From positions 464,659-528,658 of the forward strand of contig CM082593.2 in assembly GCA_040954595.2 (NCBI GenBank): a stretch of 64,000 nucleotides of DNA, read 5' to 3'. This document shows positions 40,789 through 52,494 of the stretch, one piece after another. The notes beneath the pieces are model-generated. The model saw nothing but the letters and a program-made list of their open reading frames with translations, had not been told where the DNA came from and made no database searches. Both the position numbers and the translations under genes were made by a program. Source of the stretch: Balanoglossus misakiensis (Eukaryota; Animalia; Hemichordata). How positions within the stretch are numbered: the stretch's first letter is position 1; the number at the start of each line of letters is the position of its first letter.

Positions 40789-41769
40789 GTTGGTTGTTAT
40801 TATGGACTAACAACACAGTCTTCCGCAAAGGTCAAACACTACCGCCAAGAAAATATAACGCCAACTTTATCTGAATAAACGGTCATGAACGAGATCAAAA
40901 CGCCTCAGGTAGTTTTCAAACAATATTTGAAAGTACTATATAGTATCCAAAATAGTGTATATTGTTGTTGCGGATTAGAGTCGTACACTATTTTCTAGCG
41001 TATCGATTTGACGCCTGGTACTTCGGTGACTCGGCACCGTTGCTAAGCAGCCAGCTTACACAGCCAGTCGAGTCAATGTTCGGGTTGCAGCCGAAACATG
41101 TCGAAGTTGTCCGAATGTTCTTAATCCTCATATCTTATCAAAACCAGAATAATCCCCTTAAATTGCGATAAATTGCCAACCAGGCTACACTTTCTGGAGT
41201 AATTTTGTTTCACGCCCTGTTTAACAAATTCGACCGTAGCAGACGATAAAATTAAGTAAAGGCCAAAGTGTCAATGCATTAATTAGCATAAATTTAGCAC
41301 CTTGGTAACGGACTATGCTACCATTCAGCTGTGTAATAGACATTCACCATTGAAAGCGAGTCGCCTAGCTGGAATATATTGCAAATCAGTAGCTGTTCAG
41401 TGATTTACTTCAACAAACAGAATTGCTCTTACGCTGGAGAACGAAAGTAGGGAGTGCCTCGGCCATTTCGGAGGTAAATCTTGCACTAATTGCAGGTTTT
41501 GCGGCAAGTGGCGTGGCCGAGAGCGAGCGAGCTCGAGTTGAAAGCTGCCCTGCAGCCGGGATAAAGGCCGATCGGTACCGTTGTGCACCGCGTACCGTTA
41601 TTTGACAAACACCTCTCCTGTATTATCAACAAGGTTTTCAAAGTCTCTCGGGTTATCAACACCTTTCAAGAGTATTGTTGGCAAAGCCCACCCGGCTGGA
41701 AAATACTACAAACGTCCGATTTTATAACTTGTCAGTCGCCGTCTCTAGCGATTCAACCTCACAGCAGCA
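40789..41769. promoter_or_regulatory. Bidirectional promoter/5'UTR region between CFAP299 and the coiled-coil gene
   Basis: Divergent start codons ~980 bp apart, locally CpG-rich. RFX X-box-like motifs GTTGCTAAGCAGC (41039-41051) and GTTACCAAGGTGCT (minus, 41296-41309). Confidence 0.6.
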
Positions 41770-44700
41770 ATGCCACTAAAGTTCGATGCAGGTACACCTA
41801 AGGCCAAACAACGGTATGAAATACTTCACCGACCAAGTTCAAGTAACAGCAAAGAGGAAGACGACGAAGAGGCTTCAAAAGAATATGCAGCTTTCCTCAG
41901 GTCAGGGATTCTTAATTGGCGTAGCGTTACTTTAATGGGAGATTTTAATCAGGCATATTGCAACAGTGTAACATGTAATTACCTATATGGCGACTAGGAT
42001 TGGACATCAATCACCGATGGTTTTTGAGGTCGTGGTCCGTTTTCTTTTTGCTGGTGGGGGTTAAATTTACAGAAGTAGCGTTGAGTAAAACTTTCTGATT
42101 AATGTGTAGAACTGTAGTTAGAAGGTCGGTCGACAAATAGGCCTTTGCCAGATCTGACTTTGCCTTGTACATGTATGTCATTTGCACGTCGATGACCTCC
42201 TTAATACCTTGACAGTTTTGCTCGCATGGCCTTAGTGTTCCCATGATGATGACTAAATAGCACTAGACATTTACGACAACAATGTAATGTATACTTGAAC
42301 TTGGCCAAGATGTGGGGTGGAAGGGAGTACCCTTGACAGCATGTGTACGTCTGAATGCGGACACACCCACCTTCAACAGGTGGTTGCAATCACTTAACTC
42401 AAGTGCCTGTGTACTTCACGGTTTCAGATAACACCAAGTTCATTCAAAAGCCATGGATATGTATTGTTTGCTGGGATTAACAAAACAAGTTATTAAAATT
42501 AAAGCAGAATTTGGCCTTTTTAGAAGAATTATGTAAACTTGTGTATTTACATACATGTACATATAACACTATTCCAGCAAGATTTTTGTTGGTATGTTCA
42601 GGCCATTGAACTCGGGTGACAGTGATGTTTGGTAAAATGTTTAATCCTCAAAGCGTGTTATTTTCCTTGACTGAACATAAATAATATGGCTTCCATGTCA
42701 TTCCATCCTGTTCAATTTCTTAAAGTTACACAGCACACATTGTATGTTTACCAAGTTGCGTATACAAGTCCACATAGCTATAAACATTTCCACGTTGCTA
42801 TGGTGTAGTGCGGTATTGAATGTTTCTAAGGCTCAGTGAGGCTTGTTTTATGGTCAATACAGGGAATAAAACTTTAGACAAGCGATCTTGACCAGAATTA
42901 TGACAAGAACAGATTCAAGGTTTTAATAACAAGAGGGATCTCAAAGTTCAGACCAAACATGACTTTCATATCATTTCAAGTCACACCATAATTTTTGTGG
43001 CAAAGCAGGAGAAATCCAATTAACCATGTAGTAAATATTGATATAAAACAGACTTATCTGTAAGTTGTGTATGTGCATCGAATATCATTGCTTAGCACCT
43101 CAGGTGATTTAAAGGTCATATGTTGCCATGGTGACAACCCAGGATTATTTGACACAATTCTCGGTAGTCATTGAAAAAAATTTCAATATTCCTACACTTA
43201 TGCTAAAGTGTTAGAATATTAAACTTATGTGTACAGAAAATAATTATAAAGAGCAAATCTCTTCACAGTGCAAATATTCCAGTTGTCAATCCATCACAAA
43301 AATACCATTTGAAATCAGACATCGATCAGTAATACCTCATGGCCATATTATGTTTGCTGATGAACAATGGAATTTGCATGAAATGTAAAGCAATGCTTGT
43401 AATTATATTGTTCTTAAACTTCGTTGTTCCTAAAATGGGAAACTTGCCTTTTAACGGCACACACAGAAGATGTATGGAACATGTATTGCGCCCCCCCCCC
43501 CCAAAAAAAAAAATAAATAAATAAATAATGCGATTGTTAATTATTTTGATCTTTCCTTTTATGAACAGGGAACAAGAGAGAAAATGTGGACCCAATGGTT
43601 ATCTCGACTCTTCACGTTACACATACTCTTATCAACTGAAGGGAAAAGTTGTGGACAGCAAAGGAAATAAAGCTGGCAGTGGTGGTGGTGGTGGTGGGGA
43701 TAGCGGTGGAAATGCTGGATCTTCTAGTGCACCACCAGCTATCCGGAGACAGGAAACAGCCACGGTTGTTGATCTGCAAAGCAAAATTGAAAAAGATAAA
43801 AAGGACTATGAGAAAAGGATCAAAATTATAGAGGTGATTTTAATGCTCATATTTTTTCTCTTGCAAGTACTCAGGCCCAAACTGCACTCTGTTATGTGAA
43901 GATGAACTCATTTGATTGTACAATGAGAATGAGATAAAATTGTCATATTTATTTATTTTTTAAATCCCACAGGATCACATGTGGCAACACAAACAAGAGG
44001 AAAGAGAACTGAAGAGAGTGGAAGGCGACGTCATCAAAAATCAACAACAATTACGAAGAACTATGAGAGGATATGAACAAGGTAATGGTCTAATTTACTC
44101 TTCAGGTCACATGCAAATTAGTTGTTCTGGTTGAGAAAACTTCTTAGATTTTTTCTGACGAAGATGATGATGTGATAATTATTACATTTCCACCTCGACC
44201 CATGCAAGTGGCAGCACATTATCAGCAACACAAGGTATCCAAAATATAAATGCAAATTGGTAATAATTCAGTAAAATTATTTTATTTTGGTTCCAGCAAT
44301 TAATAAGAAGAGAACAGCAGAGGAAAAGAAGCTAACCGAAACAAAACAGAGAGAATTTGAAATTCAACGAGATTTTACTCATAAAAAAGAAGATGTAAGT
44401 AAAAGTTGACATTTTTTTTCAATTCTGTATAGTTTTGTCAGGAATACTCAGATAAAAGAGCATCTATTCTTCCGAAGATAAAAACCATTATGACTTCCAT
44501 GTACATGTCATTTTAGTTTCACAGTATGATAAAAAAGCCACTATATATGTCTTCTGTAATCTCAACAATTTTGATATGATCTTTATCGAGACTTCTTTCT
44601 TTCCCAATCTAGAATACAAAAAGTCGTATCGAGAAAATTCAAGCCAAAAATCAACAGCAAAAGGATGAAGCTAGAAAATCTGAGCTTGTGAGGTTAGTAC

Positions 44701-47700
44701 ATACATTGTTCTCTGATATAAATAGATTATTTATTATTGTTATCTTTACAAGATGACACTAATTTTGGCTTTTGTTGGTTTTCTTTGTGACATGCAGTGG
44801 TGATATTGAAAGAAATTACAAAAGAACTCTGACTGAAATTGAGTTGAGGAGGAAAGAAGTGGACAGACTCAACGAAGAATTTACTCAGAAGATGAAACAG
44901 AAAGAGGAAGAAACTTTCCATCTGAAAAAAGAATTGGCTGAACTGGCTCTGGCATTAAACATGGAAACAGCCAAACGAAGGACCATGGAAATCGACAGCA
45001 AAAAGTAGGTATTTCATGTAGTCATGGGGAATTTAGCTACATTTATTAATTGAGTCAAGAATACTGATTTCAAAACCATGGGTGGTAAGTGTAACTAACA
45101 GCTTTTAATCTGAAGAAAAAAAAGTCTTGAATGTTTTTTTGTGAACTTTCCTGCAGGGACGCCAAGAAAGATTCTATTGATCGAGTGAAAGATGCCAATG
45201 AAATGGAAAGCAGCCTCGACAAGAAAATCAGGTATGTTGCGTCTTTGTGAGTGCACGACAAATTATAAATGCCTTCAAGGTAAATTTAGGGCAAATAATG
45301 GTACCACATTTTCAATGAATTTCTCATGGTATACACTTATTGGTCACTGTATACAATCATATATACAGAATTAAAGCTGCAAGCAGCGTTGGCGGGGCAC
45401 AAGCGGTTCCCATGGTAACCAGCAAATGCCAAGGCTGTATCTGTTGTGGATACCAAGATATCGGAAAGTAGGTCAAAGGTCACCTGAGGTCACCCCAAAT
45501 TTGGGCAAAAATTCTGACGCCATACTAGTCCAGGTCCAACAAAAACCAGACCCCTAGCTTTATTGGTTCGCCTAGAATTAGGTATGCGCATAATTAATGA
45601 GGTATTTTGTAAGACTCCATATGTGTTCCATCGGCCCCCCAAAAGCCAGGACTCTAACTGCTGTGGATGCTGAGATATGGGAAAGTAGATCAAAGGTCAT
45701 CCAAGGTCACCCAAAATTTGGGCATAAAATTTTGACCCCAGGGTGGGCCATGTCCAACTTAAACCAGACATCTAGCCCTATTGGTTAGCCTGGAATTAGA
45801 TATGCAGAAATATAATGTTTCAGAAATAGGTCAAGGGTCATTGCCAAAATTACCAAAATATTTGTGTCATATCCTGGCAGCATTGGTACCCATGTCCACA
45901 AAATTCATGACTGTGGTGCTTTGACAAGAGGAGGTATGGGGAATATGCATATATAATTAGTTGTTTTAAAACTGGGTCAAAGGTCATGTGAAAATTGCCC
46001 TGAAAAATGGTGACAACTTCCGGTCATATGATGACTCATATCCAAAAAAAGAATTTCCATGCTGTCAACATTTTGGCTACAAAACGGAATTATCACTTTT
46101 CAATGGTTTTCCGAAAATCCAACATGGCCGCCATAATGACCGACCAATCACAGTGCGCTTCGCAAACTTGATAGACATAGGTTAGGTGACCACATTCCCT
46201 GAATCCCGTGACTCGTCAATCGCTGGTTCTGGAGAAGAAGATTTTTAAAGTTTTAAGTAGTTTTTCAGAAAAACAATTGTAGCAAAAAAACTTTATGTGT
46301 GACGTCATGATTTCAATGGGGTAAAATGATGGACAGAAGGTAGGCTACCTGCGCACCAAATTTGAACTCGATCGGCCCAGCAGTTTTTGAGAAGGACTCG
46401 TTTAACGATTTTCAGAAAATCCAATATGGCCGCCAGGTCACGTGACTAATTAAATATTCACGAGCCACTGCACGTCTACTCATTGGCCCCTATTACCCTA
46501 CCAAGTTTCAGCCCCCTAGGTGCAGCGGTTTTCCAGATCTACCTGGCCGAATTTCTCGGAAGAAGAAGAATAATAATAAAGAAGAATTAAAGCTGCAAGC
46601 AGCATTGTCCGGGCCCAAGCTCTATTATCTGATCTGATGCTAATATAGTGTTAAGTAGGTCAAAGGTCACCCGAGGTCACCCAACATTTGGGCAAAATAT
46701 TTTGACCCCATACTGGTCCATGTATAACAAAAACAAAACCTCTAGGTCTATTGGTTCATCATTAATTAGGTATGCGCATATTTAATGAGGTCACCAGAGG
46801 TCAAAGGGGTCATGAAAAGTAGCAAAATGTTTTGATCACATACAAATCCACATACATCAAAAACCAAACTTATAGCCCTATTGGTTAGCCTGGAATTAGA
46901 TATGCAGAAAAATGATTCGTCAAAAGTAGGTCAAAGGTCATTGCCAAAATTACCAAAATATTTATAGCTTATTCTTGTCATATGATGATTCATATCCATA
47001 AAAAGAATTTCTGTGCTATCAATTTTAAGGCTAGAAAAGGAATTTTTACTTTTTAATCGTTTTTCACAAAATCCAATATGGCCGCCATAATCTTCGACCA
47101 ATCACATTCCCCTTCGCAAACTTGATAGACATCTGTTTAATGACCACACACACCAAATCTTGTGACTCGGTTATCGCCCGTTCTTGAGAAGAAGATTTTT
47201 GAAATTTTACAATGGTTTTTAGAAAATCCAATATGGCCGCCATAATCTTCGACCAATCACAATGATCTTCGCAAACTTGATAGACATCAGTTAGGTGACC
47301 ACATACCCCAAACCGCGTGACTCAGTTATCACCGGTTCTGGAGAAGAAGATTTTTGAAATTTAAGCCAGATTTCAGAAAAAAAATTGTAGCAAAAAAACT
47401 GCAACATTTACAGCAAAATATCCAATTACAAAAATGATGGGTAGAAGGTAGACTACCTGCACACTAAATTTGAAGTCGATCTGACTTGTAGTTTCTGAGA
47501 TCTGAGATTTGCATTTTTTCAGAAAATCCAATATGGCCGCCAGGTCACGTGACTAATTAAAAATTCAAGGGTTCAATGCACGACTACTCATTGACCTTGA
47601 CCACTGTAGCAAGTTTCAGAAGTGTACCTGCAGCGGTGTCTGAGATCTAGAGCGACAAAGAATTGACAGAAGAATAAAGAAAGAAAGAAAGAAAGAAAGA

Positions 47701-50700
47701 AAAACCCCAACGAAACCAATAGGGCCCAAGCGCTGGTATGCGCTTGGGCCCTAATTAAAGCTGCAAGCAGCGTTGGCGGGGCACAAGCGGTTCCCATGGT
47801 GACCAGCAAATGCCACGGCTGTATCTGCTGGGGATACCAAGATATGGGAAAGTAGGTCAAAGGTCACCTGAGGTCACCCCAAATTTGGGCAAAAAAATTG
47901 GACCCCATACTAGTCTAGATCCAACAAAAAACCAGACCCCTAGCCCTATTGGTTCGCCTGCAATTAGGTATGCACATAATTAATGAGGTACTGTGTAAAA
48001 CTCCATTATGTGCTCAATCCCCATAAAAGCCAGGGCTCTAACTGCTCTGGATACTGAGATATGGGAAAGTAGATCAAAGGTCACCCAAGGTCACCCAAAA
48101 TTAGGGCATAAAATTTTGACCCCAGAGTGGGCCATGTCCAACCAATACTAGACCTCTAGCCCTATTGGGTAGCATGGAATTAGATATGCAGAAAAATGAT
48201 GTTTCAGAAATAGGTCAAAGGTCATTGCCAAAATTACCAAAATATTTGTGTCATGTCCTGGCAGCATTGGTACCCATGTCCACAAAATTCATGACTGTGG
48301 TGCTTTGACAAGAGGAGGTATGGGGATTATGCATATATAATTAGTTGTTTTAAAACTGGGTCAAAGGTCATGTGAAAATTGCCCCGAAAAATTGTGACAA
48401 CTTCCGGTCATATGATGACTCATATCCAAAAAAAGAATTTCCATGCTGTCAACATTTTGGCTACAAAGCGGAATTATCACTTTTCAGTGGTTTTCCGAAA
48501 ATCCAACATGGCCGCCATAATGATCGACCAATCACAGTGCGCTTCGCAAATTTGATAGACATAGGTTAGGTGACCACATATCCCAAATCCCGAGACTCGG
48601 TAACCGCTGGTTCTGGAGAAGAAGATTTTTAAAGTTTTAAGTAGTTTTTCAGAAAAACAATTGTAGCAAAAAAACTTTATGTGTGACGTCATGATTTCAA
48701 GGGGGTAAAATGATGAACAGAAGGTAGGCTACCTGCACACCAAATTTGAACTCGATCGGCCCAGTAGTTTTTGAGAAGGACTCGTTTAACGATTTTCAGG
48801 AAATCCAATATGGCCGCCAGGTCACGTGACTAATTAAATATTCACGAGCCACTGCACGTCTACTCATTGGCCCCTATCACCCTACCAAGTTTCAGCCCCC
48901 TAGGTGCAGCGGTTTTCCAGATCTACCTGGCCGAAATTCTCAGAAGAAGAAGAATAATAATAAAGAAAAATTCCAACAATACCAATAGGGGCACAAGCCC
49001 GATAGGCTTGTGCCCCTAAATATTCCAACAATACCAATAGGGGCACAAGCCCGATAGGCTTGTGCCCCTAATAAGTCTCGGAAAATCAAAGTGAAGGTTG
49101 TCGCTAGAGGGCGCTCATGTCTTGACAAGTTATTATCTATCAAATTAGGTGCTGCAGGTGTGAAATCTGTCTTAATAATTTACTAGTGAATTACACCCTT
49201 TCTATTGCACAGGGAAAATCAAGAAAGGGCTGGTACCTTTGAAATGAACAGACGGAGGCTAAGTGCTGATTTAGCTTTATCAAGGGCACATATATCTCAA
49301 AAGACAAGAGAAGGTAAAGAAAATATGTGGTTTCATTTCAAAGACGTCTTCAATACAAAATATGATAGCTGTCATACCAAAAATGCATAATGTTTATTCC
49401 TTTTTTGTCTTGAGTCAAAAGAATGAAAAATTCAAAAAGCTGTAATTAAAGTGTTTATTTTGTTTGTTTGTGCATTAGAGGGACGTCACCTACAAGATAC
49501 TCAAAATCGATTAGTTGACAACACTCACACACAGCGACAACTTCAAGAAGCAGCTTTGAATGCCGATCTAGATTTAAAGAGTAAACAAATTGACCAAAGG
49601 ATACAGGTATGATTACACATTTCTACAAATCTTTAACCCCTTTCACCACCATGGTTTGGTCCAAATTCATTGATTTTTATAGTACAGTTGGACAGATCTA
49701 TAAAAGACAAACAGGGGTGGAAAGTTAAAATTGAAACTTTCTAACAGTTAGAAATAGATATAATAACTCTAAAGTCTAGGCATGGACCCACAGCCATATG
49801 TGAAGAAATGTATTGGCATTTGATTGTAATGACCAATCAAGGAGATAAGTTACAGCATTCTGATTTTCATCCAATTATTTCCTCTGTTGTCTCTTTAGGC
49901 ACATGAAATCAAAAGACATCAAAAAGTATCAATGTTGACAAAACAACGCCGGCAAAAACATGAACAACAACTAGAGGCCTACATGGAGAGATTGGCCAAG
50001 AGACAACATGATGCTGAGCGAAGACAACATGAGGATAAGTTGAAACATTGTGTGGTAGGTGATGAATGTGACAATGTTATTCATGCTGTTTATGTTTGTA
50101 CACATTGCTACATGATTGTATCTTTGTATTGTTTGCTATGTTTTAAGCTTTTTTAGTTTTGTTTATTTACAGCAATTTCTTGAACATGATGAAATGCCAT
50201 TGTTATTGTGCAAAATTTGAATTTAAGTCACAGACTAGTATTCATTTGTCAACAATAACAATGGCTGTTACACACATACCGGCTATGTTGACAAGTGGAG
50301 TACTGGGTATACTAACATGCTGTTTGGAGCAGAGAAAGAAATTGTATCTGATACACAGAACAAAAACACTGGAAATAAAGCCAAAGATACAGCTAGTTCC
50401 CCTTTAATTGCAAGTCAGAGATATCAAAGCCACTGAAATCTGAAGCTTATTCACCTTCCTCCATTTTTATCTAAATCAGAGAGCTGTCAACAAACAGGAA
50501 GAGATGGAACAAGATCTCTATAATAAAGTCAGACAGGCTGAGTATTCCCGGAAGCAGAAAGAACAAGTCTGCAAGAGACTCAAATCGAAACTGGATGATC
50601 TTAAACGAGAGAATTCCGTCAAGATGAAGGAGCTTGCAGTCAACTGTCTGAGACAAGAAAAAGATCTGGAACAGACTCTTCAAAGGGAACAAGCTGAATT

Positions 50701-51417
50701 ATACAAAGTAAATAATAAAATCCTTAGTCTTGAAAGCTGAATTGCAATATGATATGGTATCTTTCAAATAATCAATATTCTGAAGAAATTTAAGCTTGAT
50801 TATTCAGAAAAGTTAGCATATGAAAATTAAGTGGTGCAATTTAAGTATGATCAAATGTTCAGGTTGGTGGTTGCAGGTATGAAATGTTTTTTTCCAAAAA
50901 ACCCACAAATTTTCATTGATACCAGGCGCCCTTTGACATCATCATCACACAAACATTGACCTTTACCTATTTTTCTTTCTAGTACCATGTGAATCGCGAA
51001 GAGAGCTATCTGTCCTTACAACAGCAACGTGTTCGCATGCGAGAGGATAAATACTTGCTTGAAGAAACAGAGAGGGTAAGAATTCTGATCAAATGATATC
51101 ACAGTGTAATACTGATATACGTGAATGTTTCATGTTGAAAATGTTGAACATTTTATTTCAAAGTCAGACTTGCATTACATGGTTAAAAAAGTCTTATCTG
51201 TCATTCTTAAGATGTTTTCCATGGTGCAGTAAATGAATTCTTTTTTCCATATAGCTTTAATAGTGAGCCACACTACCCACTACCTAATCAGTGTATAGAA
51301 GTTGATAACTTGATCTTGTAAAAGATTCCGTTCTGAAGTTGTGGTTATTTCTTTTAACAGGAACACAGAAGACTTGCAAGAATAGGCTCACAAAGTGACA
51401 TGGCAGCGACGTACTAA
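41770..51417 (+). CDS. Uncharacterised long coiled-coil (E/K/R/Q-rich) protein, 575 aa; join(41770..41900, 43569..43833, 43973..44081, 44297..44394, 44613..44692, 44798..45004, 45157..45231, 49213..49313, 49479..49606, 49899..50054, 50480..50707, 50983..51075, 51361..51417)
   Basis: Thirteen exons, all with GT-AG boundaries and continuous phase, sum to 1728 nt ending in TAA. Low-complexity N-terminus with a Gly tract, then continuous charged helical sequence (e.g. DHMWQHKQEERELKRVEGDVIKNQQQLRR; LKKELAELALALNME; LRQEKDLEQTLQREQAELYK). Confidence 0.88.
43122..43135. promoter_or_regulatory. RFX X-box motif in intron 1 of the coiled-coil gene
   Basis: GTTGCCATGGTGAC closely fits the X-box consensus GTNRCC(N0-3)RGYAAC. 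Confidence 0.45.
45369..46584 (-). mobile_element. Non-autonomous Helentron-like (HINE) element, family A copy 1 (body; displaced terminus at ~49020-49072)
   Basis: Terminal hairpin GCTGCAAGCAGC (45376-45387) next to AATTAAA, subterminal repeat GGGGCACAAGC (45394-45404), (GAA)n(TAA)n microsatellite at the far end; near-identical to 47753-49018. Confidence 0.75.
46585..47753 (-). mobile_element. Non-autonomous Helentron-like (HINE) element, related family B
   Basis: Same terminal hairpin, its own subTIR GGGCCCAAGC (46611-46620) matched by terminal palindrome TAGGGCCCAAGCGC-tggtat-GCGCTTGGGCCCTA (47720-47753), (GAAA)n microsatellite, and an internal tandem duplication of the ccaatatggccgccataatcttcgaccaatcac...gagaagaagattttt module. 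Confidence 0.75.
47753..49018 (-). mobile_element. Non-autonomous Helentron-like (HINE) element, family A copy 2 (complete)
   Basis: Hairpin and subTIR at one end; microsatellite and terminal palindrome TAGGGGCACAAGCC-cgata-GGCTTGTGCCCCTA (48986-49018) at the other. Confidence 0.78.
49020..49072 (-). mobile_element. Second family-A terminal palindrome (probable displaced end of copy 1)
   Basis: Exact repeat of ttccaacaataccaataggggcacaagcccgataggcttgtgcccctaa immediately after copy 2. Confidence 0.65.
49633..49728. mobile_element. Possible degenerate TTAA-flanked (piggyBac-type) MITE, ~96 bp
   Basis: TTAA-CCCCTTTCACCACC ... GGGGTGGAAAG-TTAA: imperfect terminal inverted repeats bounded by TTAA. 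Confidence 0.4.
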
Positions 51418-52339
51418 TGAAACAAGTTTTCACCAAATTACCCGAGGAATAAACAATGTAGTGATTAACCTTTGGTGCCTTATACATGTACATTGTGTTT
51501 ATGATTGAAAGAGTTTTACTGTACAATTGACATCCAAATGAGATATCTGTGCCCAATAGTGTTTTTTAATAACTCAATGCAAGCGAGAAGACAAAATTCA
51601 AAGACTTGTATCCCAATAGTCGAGAAATAATCTTATGTAAACAGTCTCAACTAGTCAAGCATGGGACTTTGAACGTTTGCAAAGGGAACATGTTTGTGAT
51701 TTACCCAGTCCCCAATATCTGTCAGAGTCATTATTGTCTGTTAAATGTCTAAGACAATGGCAAAAAAGGTACACACGATTATAAAATCACACCTAGAAAT
51801 CAAAAAAAGAAATTTCTGTTGAGTTGAACCGATAACTGGTGAATTTTGTTAATTTGGTTTTCACTAAAACAATAAAAAATAACATGTCATTTTATATTAT
51901 ACACACAAAATGTTTTCATCAGCATGTATAATTATGACAATTTTGTCAAGTTGTATCATATGGTTGTATTAATATCCATAGAAAATGCCAAACTTTGTAA
52001 AGTATTGTTTTGTAACAAAATACATCCAAAGTAATATGCATAAAAGATTATAGTAATTACTAATGCTGTACATATTTGTAAATATCACATTTGGGAAGAG
52101 CAAGTTTTTTTATACATTTGTTGTTCATTTTGTTGTTTTGTTTGTTTGTTTGTTTTGTGAAAACATCTTCTGTGTACACTTTTGTAGGGTTAGTAATTTC
52201 ATCAGCATCAAGAATGTTCACAGACCTGTATACTTATCATTAGTTGCTTTGTAATTTTTTAGTTGGTTCTGAAATTAAAATATTTTGTCACCATTTTATC
52301 TATTTGTGTATTTATGTAAATGATAATGCCCAGTATAAA

Positions 52340-52494
52340 AATTGTCAAAAAATGACAAAAACACTTAGATTCCCAAAGTTGTGAATTTGTCACTTTTTGA
52401 CAGTTTTCATGAGCTAAAACCCATGAAAAATGTCCAAAAATGGCAAAAGCTCAAAAATTCGCAAAATCGAGAATTTGTCACTTTTTGACAGTTT
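52340..52494. repeat. Two diverged 88-bp monomers at the satellite boundary
   Basis: gaatttgtcactttttgacagttt occurs at 52383 and 52471 (spacing 88); catgagctaaaacccatg aligns to the main monomer. Confidence 0.75.

Noticed and set aside
45988-48569. Duplicated 65-aa ORFs (MKIALKNG.../MKIAPKNC...)
   Set aside because: GTG-started frames inside two copies of the same non-autonomous element, with no transposase motifs.
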